Shown: positions 19,663-28,648 of the stretch, piece after piece
Position numbering within the stretch: the stretch's first letter is position 1
Layout of the letters: every line of letters begins with the position of its first letter
Origin: Dehalococcoidia bacterium
GTDB taxonomy: Bacteria; Chloroflexota; Dehalococcoidia; Plut-88900
Assembly (NCBI GenBank): GCA_965249275.1
Contig: CBDFLQ010000005.1
Coordinates: 1 to 64,000, forward strand
Length of the DNA stretch: 64,000 nt
Reading direction: 5' to 3'
Program-made: the position numbers and the translations under genes
The notes under the pieces: generated by a model
Databases searched by the model: none
Told to the model about the DNA's origin: nothing
The model's input: only the letters and a program-made list of their open reading frames with translations

Positions 19663-20841
19663 CTAAGTCCCCCTCGGCAAACCCAACCCCCGCGTGGCGA
19701 TTATATTACGTTGTATCTCCGACGTGCCTCCGCCTATAGTCTCGCTGATGCTCCACAAGTATAGACGGCGCAGTTTGCCCCTGAGCGGGGCCCACTTGGA
19801 CCCCTCGACCAGCTGACCCATCAGGCCAAGAACCTGCATCCCCGTATTGGCGACCCTCAGGAGAAGCTCGGTGCTGAACATCTTGGATATGGAAGCCTCC
19901 TGCTGAGGCTCGAGACTCTGGTCGACCATCCAGGCTATCCGATAGGCGAGCAGGCTGCTTACCTCGGTCTCCAGGACCCTCTCGGCGAGACGGTGTCGCA
20001 AGGTCGGCGTCATCGTTGGGCGGCGGCCGTTGGCGCCTTCCTCCTTCATAAGCTGGATGAGCATGTCGAGGGGCTTTCGGGCCTTGGCGGTGTACATCGT
20101 TCCGTCGCGCTCGAAGTTCAGCGTGGTCATGGCCACGTACCACCCCCGGTTAAGCTCCCCGACAATGTTCTCCGCCGGCACCCGCACGTTGTCGAAATAC
20201 TCTTCGTTGAAGTGGTGATCGCCGACCATGTTGATGATTGGCCGCATGGTTATGCCGGGGGTCTTCAGGTCGACGACGAAGAAGGTGATACCGCGGTGCT
20301 TGGGGGCGTCGGGATCTGTGCGGGCGAGGAGGAACATCCAGTCGGACAGATGGGCGCAGCTGGACCAGATCTTCTGGCCGGTTATCAGGTAGTCGGAGCC
20401 GTCCCTAACGGCCTGGGTCTGTAGGGAAGCGAGGTCGGAGCCCGACTCAGGCTCGCTGAATCCCTGGGCCCAGGACACCTCCCCGTTGGCGATGGGCGGC
20501 AGGTACTTGCGCTTCTGCTCCGGCGTGCCGTGGTGCATGATGGCCGGGGCCAGCATCCCCACCCCCCAGTTGTCCTTGCCGGGGGCCTCGTGGTACATCA
20601 TCTCCTCGGCGAAGATGGCCGACTTCACGCTGGTCGCGTCCTGCCCACCGTATTCTCGGGGCCAGGCCATGGTGAGCCATTCCTTCTCGATGAGGCGTCG
20701 GCGCATGTGCCGCTCGAAAGCTACGTTGTCGGTGCGGCCGTCCTCGTCGGCGCCCTTCCAGTCGGGGGGGAGTTCAGCTTTCAGGAACTCGCGGAGGTCC
20801 TGTCGGAAGGCGGTTTGCTCGGGTGTGAAGGTGAAGCGCAT
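19663..20841 (-). CDS. Acyl-CoA dehydrogenase, catalytic type
   Basis: Same motifs as 15596; NFER; close paralog of 22739-23917. Confidence 0.93.
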   Translation of the reverse strand: MRFTFTPEQTAFRQDLREFLKAELPPDWKGADEDGRTDNVAFERHMRRRLIEKEWLTMAWPREYGGQDATSVKSAIFAEEMMYHEAPGKDNWGVGMLAPAIMHHGTPEQKRKYLPPIANGEVSWAQGFSEPESGSDLASLQTQAVRDGSDYLITGQKIWSSCAHLSDWMFLLARTDPDAPKHRGITFFVVDLKTPGITMRPIINMVGDHHFNEEYFDNVRVPAENIVGELNRGWYVAMTTLNFERDGTMYTAKARKPLDMLIQLMKEEGANGRRPTMTPTLRHRLAERVLETEVSSLLAYRIAWMVDQSLEPQQEASISKMFSTELLLRVANTGMQVLGLMGQLVEGSKWAPLRGKLRRLYLWSISETIGGGTSEIQRNIIATRGLGLPRGT

Positions 20842-20865
20842 GGGAAAATCCTATTTCACCCTCAC

Positions 20866-22166
20866 TGTACGACCGGGGACATGGGTAACAGTTAGACCGA
20901 GGACATAGGTAACACTTTGACTGGGGTTTTGTCGACCCTTCTGGTGGGGTCATCAAGGAGTCCGATGATGAGTGGCCCGAACTGTATGGACCAGGTTCGT
21001 TCGTCTATCTGGACCAGGCCGATGGGTTCGCCCTTGAGGGACTCGCTCACGTAGAGCATATCTCCCTTCCACTTGATCTGTCCGTTGCTGCGGACACTAC
21101 GTACGGTGACACCGGCGTTGTACTCGGGCGAGCTGATACGTGTGGGATAGGGTCTGATCGAGGGCGTGTACAGCCGGCTTGGTGGTTGCTGCCCCAGGGC
21201 CTCATGTGGCCTCTCGAAGTTGTAGGTGTGTCTGAAGCGTTCGAGGGCTCTGCGTTGTCGTCTCCAGTTGGCCTTTGGAGGTGTTGCGGTCTCGGCCTTG
21301 AGGGTCCGGTGAAGGCGCTCGATGCGTCCATTCTGTTCGGGGTGACCGGGCTCTATGCGTTCGGGTACGATCCCGAGCTTGACCCACCATGCTGAGAGTG
21401 GTGAGAGGCTGCCCAGACCCACACTGGCGAAGGGCGGACCATTGTCGGTGCGTATGGCCCGAGGGATGCCGTACTCTCGGAAGGTTCTCTCCAGAGAGCG
21501 CTTGACTTCCGGGCCGGCAGGGCGGTCGAGAGGGTCGCATACCAGTAAGTAGCGGGACATGGCGTCCTGGGCTGTAAGGGGGTCTATCCGCATTCCGTCA
21601 TCCGTGCGGAACCAGCCCTTCAGGTCGATGGCCCACACGTCATTGGGGTGCCGGGCGTGGGCGAAGGGCTCGCCCCAGCGTGTAGCCCTGCGCCGCCGCT
21701 TGCGCCGCCTCACCAGACCCACACGGTCCAGTATGGCGCCCGCAGTACTGGAGGAAGGCCAGGGCACGTAGGGCTCGATGGAATGCAACCAGGCGACGAT
21801 CTTCTTCGGGCCCCATGTGGGATGGGTGCGCTTCGCCTCGATGATACGCTTAGCCACCTCTATGGAAGTGGCGTTGGGATGGCTGTGAGGAGCCCGGCTT
21901 AGGTCAAGTAGACCGTCCTCACCATACGCCTCGTATCGGCCGATTATCTTGTAGCCCGTCTTGCGGCTGATCCCGGACCGGCGGCACAGCTCAGCAATAG
22001 TCTCCTCTCCCGCAGTGTGACGCTCGATGAACTGCAACCGCTCCGATTCTATGCTCGTGTCTTTCCAAGGCAACACATCTTCCTCCTCTGGGATTGCCTA
22101 ATACAATCCCACGATGTGTTACCCATGTCCCCGGTTTATGTGTTACCTTTCTGCCCGGTCTGTACC
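20866..22166 (-). mobile_element. IS481-family insertion sequence inserted within a REP-like palindrome
   Basis: Ends TGTACGACCGGGGACATGG and GCCCGGTCTGTACC, with internal repeated GGACATGGGTAACA motifs; CAC duplicated on both sides. Confidence 0.85.
20892..22076 (-). CDS. IS481-family DDE transposase
   Basis: PWKDTS..SERLQF, HTH, WAIDLKG, RTDNGPPF, PGHPEQNGRIERLHRTLK, YNFERPHEAL. Confidence 0.93.
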   Translation of the reverse strand: MLPWKDTSIESERLQFIERHTAGEETIAELCRRSGISRKTGYKIIGRYEAYGEDGLLDLSRAPHSHPNATSIEVAKRIIEAKRTHPTWGPKKIVAWLHSIEPYVPWPSSSTAGAILDRVGLVRRRKRRRRATRWGEPFAHARHPNDVWAIDLKGWFRTDDGMRIDPLTAQDAMSRYLLVCDPLDRPAGPEVKRSLERTFREYGIPRAIRTDNGPPFASVGLGSLSPLSAWWVKLGIVPERIEPGHPEQNGRIERLHRTLKAETATPPKANWRRQRRALERFRHTYNFERPHEALGQQPPSRLYTPSIRPYPTRISSPEYNAGVTVRSVRSNGQIKWKGDMLYVSESLKGEPIGLVQIDERTWSIQFGPLIIGLLDDPTRRVDKTPVKVLPMSSV

Positions 22167-22170
22167 CACC

Positions 22171-22542
22171 CTAGCCCTCTCCCATCGAGGGAGAGGGGAC
22201 CGGACCTCCCCCGTGCCCCATTTCGCTTAGTATGCTCTCCTGCACTGACGCCGTATCTCTCAAGACCTGATTGTTCCAAAATCTCAGCACTCGAAACCCC
22301 TCACTCTCAAGCCATTTAGTCCGCTCTTTGTCATCGGCCTCCTGTAGTTGATGGTGTCCTCCATCCAACTCGACCACGACTTTCGTCTCGAAACAGACGA
22401 AATCAACGATGTATTTGCCCATGGGAGCCTGTCTGCGAAACTTCCAACCTTCAAACTGGCGATTACGGAGTAGTCTCCACAGAACAATCTCTGCATCCGT
22501 TGAATCTCTTCTTAGGCGTTGGGCTGCAGACATACTGCTCAA
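22171..22542 (-). CDS. DUF559 (Vsr-like) endonuclease-domain protein
   Basis: AE..LW..LR, FRRQAPMGKYIVDFVC, VVELDGGHH, GFRVLRFWNNQV. Confidence 0.9.
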   Translation of the reverse strand: MSSMSAAQRLRRDSTDAEIVLWRLLRNRQFEGWKFRRQAPMGKYIVDFVCFETKVVVELDGGHHQLQEADDKERTKWLESEGFRVLRFWNNQVLRDTASVQESILSEMGHGGGPVPSPSMGEG

Positions 22543-22738
22543 TTGCTCTTACTCTTTTCTGCTTTCGAGGGAGGTCGAACCCTTACTTCACCCTCTTGAA
22601 AAAACCTTTGTGCAATCCCAATCAAAGGAGGTGGTAGGCGGGTCCTATCCCCTCTCCCTTTGATGGGAGAGGGGATAGGGTGAGGGTGATCCTTAACCTG
22701 TGCCCCATATCGACATTTTCACAGGATAGGTTAAGGGA

Positions 22739-23917
22739 CTAAGTCCCCCTCGGAAGGCCGAGACCCCTGGTGGCGATTATGCTGCGTTGGATTTCAGAGG
22801 TGCCGCCGCCGATTGGTTCGCTGATGCTCCAGAGGTACATCCGGTGCAGCTTGCCCTTTAGCGGGGCCCACTTGTCACCCTCGGCGAGCTGGCCCATCAT
22901 GCCCAGCACCTGCATGCCCGTGTTGGCGACCCTCATCAATAGCTCGCTGCTGATGAGCTTGGATATCGAGGCCTCGTGCTGAGGCTCGAGACCCTGATCG
23001 ACCATCCAGGCGATCCGGTAGGCGAGCAGCCTGCTCACCTCGGTCTCCAGGACTCGTTCGGCGAGACGGTGGCGCAGAGCGGGAGACATCGCCGACTTGA
23101 ACCCGTTGCCCCGGGCCTCCTTCACCATCTCGATGAGCATGTCCAGCGGCTTTCGGGCACGGGCAGTGTACGTCGTGCCTTCGCGCTCGAAGTTGAGGGT
23201 CGTCATGGCAACGTACCAGCCCCGGTTCAACTCACCAATTATGTTCTCTGCCGGGACCCGGACGTTGTCGAAATACTCCTCGTTGAAGTGGTGATCGCCG
23301 ACCATGTTGATGATGGGCCGGACGGTGATGCCGGGCGTCTTCATGTCGACGAGGAAGTAGGTGATGCCCCGGTGCTTGGGGGCGTCGGGGTCCGTGCGGG
23401 CGAGCAGGAACATCCAGTCTGCGAGATGAGCGCCGCTGGACCAGATCTTCTGGCCGGTAATCAGGTAGTCGTCGCCGTCCTTGACCGCCCGAGTCTGCAG
23501 GGACGCGAGGTCGGACCCCGATTCAGGTTCGCTGAAACCCTGTGCCCAGGTCACTTCACCATTGGCGATGGGCGGCAGGTATTTGCGCTTCTGCTCCGGG
23601 GTACCGTGGCGCATGACCGCCGGGGCCAGGAGCCCGACACCCGAGCCGTCCTTGCCGGGGGCCTCGTGGTACATCATCTCCTCGCCGAAGATGGCCATCT
23701 TCACGTTGGAAGCGTCCTGACCACCGTACTCTCGGGGCCAGGCCATTGTCAGCCAGTCCCTCTCGATGAGGCGACGGCGCATGTGCCGCTCGAACACTAC
23801 GTCGTCGGTGCGGCCATACTCGTCGGCGCCCTTCCAGTCGGGGGGAAGCTCGGCTTTCAGGAAGTCGCGGAGGTCCTGTCGGAAGGCGGTTTCTTCGGGT
23901 GTGAAGGTGAAGTGCAT
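22739..23917 (-). CDS. Acyl-CoA dehydrogenase, catalytic type
   Basis: Conserved ACAD motifs; NFER. Confidence 0.93.
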   Translation of the reverse strand: MHFTFTPEETAFRQDLRDFLKAELPPDWKGADEYGRTDDVVFERHMRRRLIERDWLTMAWPREYGGQDASNVKMAIFGEEMMYHEAPGKDGSGVGLLAPAVMRHGTPEQKRKYLPPIANGEVTWAQGFSEPESGSDLASLQTRAVKDGDDYLITGQKIWSSGAHLADWMFLLARTDPDAPKHRGITYFLVDMKTPGITVRPIINMVGDHHFNEEYFDNVRVPAENIIGELNRGWYVAMTTLNFEREGTTYTARARKPLDMLIEMVKEARGNGFKSAMSPALRHRLAERVLETEVSRLLAYRIAWMVDQGLEPQHEASISKLISSELLMRVANTGMQVLGMMGQLAEGDKWAPLKGKLHRMYLWSISEPIGGGTSEIQRSIIATRGLGLPRGT

Positions 23918-24187
23918 GGGCTATTTCGAGGGAATCGTCATTATATATGATCGCCTCCTGCTGAGCCGTAGAAAAATGGTGTTGACAAGGATATACATGC
24001 TGGCTATTGTTATATTAGTATCACACGCATGAACTAATTCACTTACATCAAAGGCAAGCGTGGGTACTAGCGGGCTGTCCCTAGCCTAGCACTTGGAGGA
24101 GTCGTCACGGTGGACAGTAGGTGTGCCAAGACGATCTCCCAAAGGGATGTTTGACAAAACGACCGTTAGGGCTATATTGAGGGCAAT

Positions 24188-24370
24188 ATGACCACCGCTG
24201 AGCATCCCATAACACGCTCAGAGCTTCGCAAAGAGCTTGAGCATTACGCCACTAAAGAAGACTTGGCCAAGCTTGAAACCCGGCTAATCAAGTGGATGGT
24301 GGGGCAGATGATGGCTGCAATTGTTGCAGCGTCTTCCGTGGCAGTAGTCATTCAGCAGGTCTTGAACTAA
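24188..24370 (+). CDS. Minimal DUF1640-like protein
   Basis: HYATKEDLAKLETRLIKWMVG plus a TM helix; TTGACA-N16-TATATT upstream at 24151-24178. Confidence 0.7.
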   Translation: MTTAEHPITRSELRKELEHYATKEDLAKLETRLIKWMVGQMMAAIVAASSVAVVIQQVLN

Positions 24371-24541
24371 GGCCGGTTACTCTACCTAGACCCCGCTTAT
24401 ACTTCGACCCTCCAGAGGCAGACTTACAGCAGCCTCCCGCCTCGGCGGATCTGCGACAGCACGAGCGGCCCCACCCCAGGGATTGATTCACGCCTCGGCG
24501 CATCTTCGACCGCCTCGGGGGCCGGAATGACGGAAAGCCCG

Positions 24542-25717
24542 CTATGCCCCTCTAGGTAGTCCGAGGCCGCGGGTGGCGATGATGTTTCGCTGGACCTCGC
24601 TGGTGCCGCCGGCTATGGTGCGGCTTATGGCGTTCAGGTACGTCCGCTCCACGTATCCCTTGAAGGGGACCCACTTGGACCCTTCCACAAGCTGTCCACG
24701 CATTCCCAGCAGCTCCATCGCCAACTGAACGCACTGCTGGGCCATCTCCGCGCCAAAGGCCTTGGCCACCGACGCCTCGTAGTTGGGCACCTGCCCGATG
24801 CTCTGCAGCCACATCACCCGGTAAGAGAGCATCCGCGAAATCTCGGCGTTGATGCGCATCTCAGCCAGCTTGGTAGTTGCCGACGGGTTCTCGGCGAGGG
24901 TGCCGCCGTTCCAGGGGGTCGCCTTGGCGTAGTCGACCAAGTCGTCGACCATCCTTCGGATATCGGCGGAGTTCTCGATGCCCGTGCGCTCGAAGTCGAG
25001 GGTGGACATGGCCGCGTACCAGCCCCGGTTGACTTCCCCGATTACATTCTCCTTCGGCACGCGCACGTTGTCGAGGAATATCTCGTTGAATCGGTGGTGC
25101 CCCGTGAGATCGGTAATCCCGCGCACGTCCACGCCGGGCGTCTTCATGTCGATGAGGAAGTAGGTGATGCCTCGGTGCTTCGGGGCGTCGGGGTCAGTGC
25201 GGGCGAGGAGGTGGCACCAGTCCGACTGATGAGCGCCGCTGGACCATATCTTCTGCCCGGAAATCACGAAGTCGTCGCCGTCCTCGACGGCTCGGGTCTG
25301 GAGGGAAGCCAGGTCGGAGCCCGACTCCGGCTCGCTGAAGCCCTGGCACCATGTAACTTTGCCCTCGGATATGGGTCTCAGATGCTGGCGCCTCTGCTCC
25401 TCCGTGCCATGGATCATGAGGCACGGCCCGATAAACCCCACGCCCTGTATGTCCTTGCCGGGGGCCCGCTTGTAGGCCATCTCCTCGCTGTAGATCATGG
25501 ACTGTCCGGGAGAGGCGTCCTGACCGCCATACTCCTTGGGCCAGGAGATGGCCAGCCAGCCCTTCTCCCCAAGCTTCTTCCTCATCTCCAGGGTGAAGGG
25601 CCACACGGTGTCGTCGTAGGCCTCCTCGCCCCACCAGCCTTCGGGAAGTTTATCGTCAAGGAAGGTGGTCAACTCGGATCTAAACTGGCGGTCTTCTTCG
25701 CTGAAACGGAACTGCAT
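24542..25717 (-). CDS. Acyl-CoA dehydrogenase, catalytic type
   Basis: Conserved ACAD motifs; DFER. Confidence 0.93.
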   Translation of the reverse strand: MQFRFSEEDRQFRSELTTFLDDKLPEGWWGEEAYDDTVWPFTLEMRKKLGEKGWLAISWPKEYGGQDASPGQSMIYSEEMAYKRAPGKDIQGVGFIGPCLMIHGTEEQRRQHLRPISEGKVTWCQGFSEPESGSDLASLQTRAVEDGDDFVISGQKIWSSGAHQSDWCHLLARTDPDAPKHRGITYFLIDMKTPGVDVRGITDLTGHHRFNEIFLDNVRVPKENVIGEVNRGWYAAMSTLDFERTGIENSADIRRMVDDLVDYAKATPWNGGTLAENPSATTKLAEMRINAEISRMLSYRVMWLQSIGQVPNYEASVAKAFGAEMAQQCVQLAMELLGMRGQLVEGSKWVPFKGYVERTYLNAISRTIAGGTSEVQRNIIATRGLGLPRGA

Positions 25718-25784
25718 GAGATGCTCCTACTTTATGTCGGGACCTTTGCGTGACTGTTATCGTAAGATCCGGATCACCCTCACC

Positions 25785-26906
25785 CTAGCCCTCTCCCATC
25801 GAGGGAGAGGGGATAGAAGGGACTGCCAAGGCAGAAATTATAGTACGGTGTACTTCGGAGGTTCCAAGGTAAATAGATGCGGCAGCCGCCTCCAGGTAGA
25901 GGCTCTGAGCAAGCCTTCCGGCTCCTTGCCCCTGCAACCCTATCGTGTTCATCGCCATCTCCGCGACTCTCTGAAAAACCTCTGAACTGAAAAGTTTGGC
26001 GATGGATGCCTGACGCCTAGTCTGGGCACTGTCGTGCCCAGGCCAAATGCTGCGATAGGATAGCAGACGGGCAACTTCGATGTCCACAGAAGCCTCGGCC
26101 AGCCGAGTCCTCAGCCCCGCCCCCCCACCCCCCGATTTCAGGGCCAGATCAAGCATTCTTCTGGCCCAACCGATATGTTCCAACCCGGACCGGGCTTCCG
26201 TCAGGAACTCGTCGACGATGTCCCACACCCGCCCACGCTCCCCGAGGATTGCGGACTCGGGGACTACGACGTCGTCAAGAAATATTTCGGCGAAGACTCG
26301 GCCCGTGGTGTACTCGACTGGATTGAAGAATAGGCCGGGTGTCGACATATCCAGCAGGAACCAGGTCAGCCCTTCCCGACCCTTCGACTCCTTCTCTGTC
26401 CGGGCGAGCAGGTGGCACCACCCCGAGAGTTGGGCCCATTCGCCATAGTCCTTCTGGCCGGTCAGGACGAAGCTGCCGTCCTGCGCTACGGCTCGGGTCT
26501 TGATGTTAGCCAGGTCGCTGCCTGCGAGGGGTTCGGTGAAGCCCACGCACCACCATTCCCGGCCCTCTGCGAGAGGCCCGAGGTGACGCTCTCGCTGTTC
26601 GGGAGTCCCGTGTCTCAGGAGGAGGCGCCCAGTCAGGTTGGTCCCGTGGTCGTTGGCCCGCGGCGCCAGGTGGTAGGCCAACTCTTCCTGCAGTATCGCC
26701 GCCTTGACCGGGGAAGCCGGGCCATATGGCGGCCCCCACCCGAGTGTCAGCCACCCCCTCTCCCCCAACCCCTCCCTCACGACTCGGGCGCGGGCCTGGT
26801 ATTCCTCATCGTCGAGAGGGAGATCCCAGCCGTCGGCGACCTCTCGGAGGTAGGCGCGGACTTGGGTCTGGAAGGTGCGTTCCTCGGGGGAGAGGTGGAA
26901 GTTCAT
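25785..26906 (-). CDS. Divergent acyl-CoA dehydrogenase (catalytic Glu apparently replaced; C-terminus supplied by a REP)
   Basis: WCVGFTEPLAGSDLA, GTSEVHR; TEAR in place of xFER; ends PSPSMGEG. Confidence 0.8.
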   Translation of the reverse strand: MNFHLSPEERTFQTQVRAYLREVADGWDLPLDDEEYQARARVVREGLGERGWLTLGWGPPYGPASPVKAAILQEELAYHLAPRANDHGTNLTGRLLLRHGTPEQRERHLGPLAEGREWWCVGFTEPLAGSDLANIKTRAVAQDGSFVLTGQKDYGEWAQLSGWCHLLARTEKESKGREGLTWFLLDMSTPGLFFNPVEYTTGRVFAEIFLDDVVVPESAILGERGRVWDIVDEFLTEARSGLEHIGWARRMLDLALKSGGGGAGLRTRLAEASVDIEVARLLSYRSIWPGHDSAQTRRQASIAKLFSSEVFQRVAEMAMNTIGLQGQGAGRLAQSLYLEAAAASIYLGTSEVHRTIISALAVPSIPSPSMGEG

Positions 26907-27059
26907 GGGGATATAAAACTGTGGGGTCGCTGACGGTGTCAACGGCCCCGAGGGAGGCAGCTAGACCAACTTCCCTTAAGCCATCTGGTGACCCGTGCTT
27001 AACACCTTGGCAACCCTTGGCAAGTGTAGGTCGCCATATGAAGGAGAAAATGTCCGTAG

Positions 27060-27686
27060 TCAACTCTCGTCAACATGTCGATTCAACACCCATGCAAGGT
27101 TATCGAGAAGGGAAATTGCTTTCAGACTGTTCAGTTCGGTGGCGTAGTCCACTTTCATTCCATGGAGAACCTGATGTCGATTGAGTCCTTCGAATGTGTC
27201 CGTCAGGCCACGGGTATCCACCCAAAGCGGAATGGTAAGCGTGAGGGGATGGAGATGGGCCTGGAAGAAACGTCCTGAAACCCTTTTGCTAAATGCACTA
27301 ACTGCACTAGGGCCACCCTTGGAGAACAAAAACTCTCTGAATCTCTCGTAGAAGATACCATCAGCCTGCGAAAGGAAAGCCTGGATCGAGAGCGAGTACT
27401 TACATTCTCGGTGTGCCGTAAACGCCTCTCGCAAAAGCTGACTCCGGTCTGGATAGCTTTCTATAAGCGCGGTTTCTATATCATCGAGATGCCGCCGAAT
27501 GAATCGTGCGACTGCTTCGTCGACCTCGTTCGGCATGCCTTCTACCGCATTCCCAAGTCGAGGAATGGTAGCTACGGGCATGTCCGGGCCAATAAACCAA
27601 CCTCTGTGTGCCAGTTTTGCCAACGCCTCCATATCGCGGGGCGGTTGTTTCTCTAGCCAACGCAAAATCCTCCGTATAGTTGCCAT
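27060..27686 (-). CDS. Putative HEPN-superfamily protein
   Basis: R-x4-H motif in LNRHQVLHG; helical, lower GC. Confidence 0.55.
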   Translation of the reverse strand: MATIRRILRWLEKQPPRDMEALAKLAHRGWFIGPDMPVATIPRLGNAVEGMPNEVDEAVARFIRRHLDDIETALIESYPDRSQLLREAFTAHRECKYSLSIQAFLSQADGIFYERFREFLFSKGGPSAVSAFSKRVSGRFFQAHLHPLTLTIPLWVDTRGLTDTFEGLNRHQVLHGMKVDYATELNSLKAISLLDNLAWVLNRHVDES

Positions 27687-27733
27687 GAGAAAATTCTGTC
27701 ACTTAAAGCAAGACTATAAAGTCCTAATTTTGC

Positions 27734-28207
27734 TCAAAACCAGGGCTTGCGGCCCTTTACGTAGGTTTCTTCGAATTCAACGTCGGGCTTGGTCAGGTAG
27801 ATGATCCCCTCGACTAAGCCGATTATCCCCAGGACAATCCACACTATGATCCCGATGCCAAATAGAAACATCAGAGGGATCCCGAGAATGAACAGGACAA
27901 GCAACAATGCACCCTGGCCGGAATAGCCAAGGTAGAACTTGTGCACCCCAAGCACTCCGAACAGGATGGCCAGCACTCCAGCCACGACTTTACTCTTCTC
28001 ACCGACGCTAGGCTGTGCCTCTCTTGCGAGGTAGATGCTTATCGCATGGTCGGTGTCCTGGTCGACCTGGAAGTCTACGTAGCTTCCCTGAACGGGCAGG
28101 GCCTGTTCGCGCCACTGGCCACCCACAAAGGTGTAGCGATTGCCATCATCGCCGGATATGATTCCGCCGTTTTCCTGGACGGAGTAGTTGAGGACTCGGC
28201 CTTTCAA
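27734..28207 (-). CDS. Cold-shock-like OB-fold plus TM2 (NINE) domain membrane protein
   Basis: MKGRVLNY...GIISGDDGNRYTF; KSKVVAGVLAILFGVLGVHKFYLG. Confidence 0.85.
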   Translation of the reverse strand: MKGRVLNYSVQENGGIISGDDGNRYTFVGGQWREQALPVQGSYVDFQVDQDTDHAISIYLAREAQPSVGEKSKVVAGVLAILFGVLGVHKFYLGYSGQGALLLVLFILGIPLMFLFGIGIIVWIVLGIIGLVEGIIYLTKPDVEFEETYVKGRKPWF

Positions 28208-28240
28208 TGTTTGTTCCTCCGGCGTGAGACTCGAGTGGTC

Positions 28241-28618
28241 TTATCTCTCCTGTTCATTCGCCCCGTTCGCAAGGGCCAAGGCTCTTTGCACGAACATGTG
28301 AACAATTGGTCGTTCCACTTGAATGTCGTATTCACTCATTTCGTCATGATAGAAGTTCTTGTGGAATTTCTCCGCAATGCCGAACCCTGCCGTCAGCATC
28401 GTGTCGTTCGTCTCTTCGGCTAGCCGGACAGCTGCCGACTTTATGGCGCGGTGTGTGCGGCATTCTCCCCACTCCCTCTTCATCGCTGCGGCCATGACCG
28501 CGTGGGTTGCTGCACCCCACAGTTTTTCCGATGCCTGCAGGTGGTCACCAGCCTCGAACTCCCTGTCTGATGCGGCCAGGAATTCCAACGCGGTCTCGCT
28601 ATGTTCTTCGTGTATCAC
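28241..28618 (-). CDS. PaREP1-family protein
   Basis: GDHLQASEKLWGAA...FHKNFYH. Confidence 0.8.
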   Translation of the reverse strand: MIHEEHSETALEFLAASDREFEAGDHLQASEKLWGAATHAVMAAAMKREWGECRTHRAIKSAAVRLAEETNDTMLTAGFGIAEKFHKNFYHDEMSEYDIQVERPIVHMFVQRALALANGANEQER

Positions 28619-28648
28619 TATATGTCCTTTTTCAACCGGGATTCGCTG

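Noticed and set aside
24085-24145. Imperfect hairpin between two TTGACA promoters, possible sRNA
   Set aside because: Weak pairing, no terminator and no recognisable RNA family.
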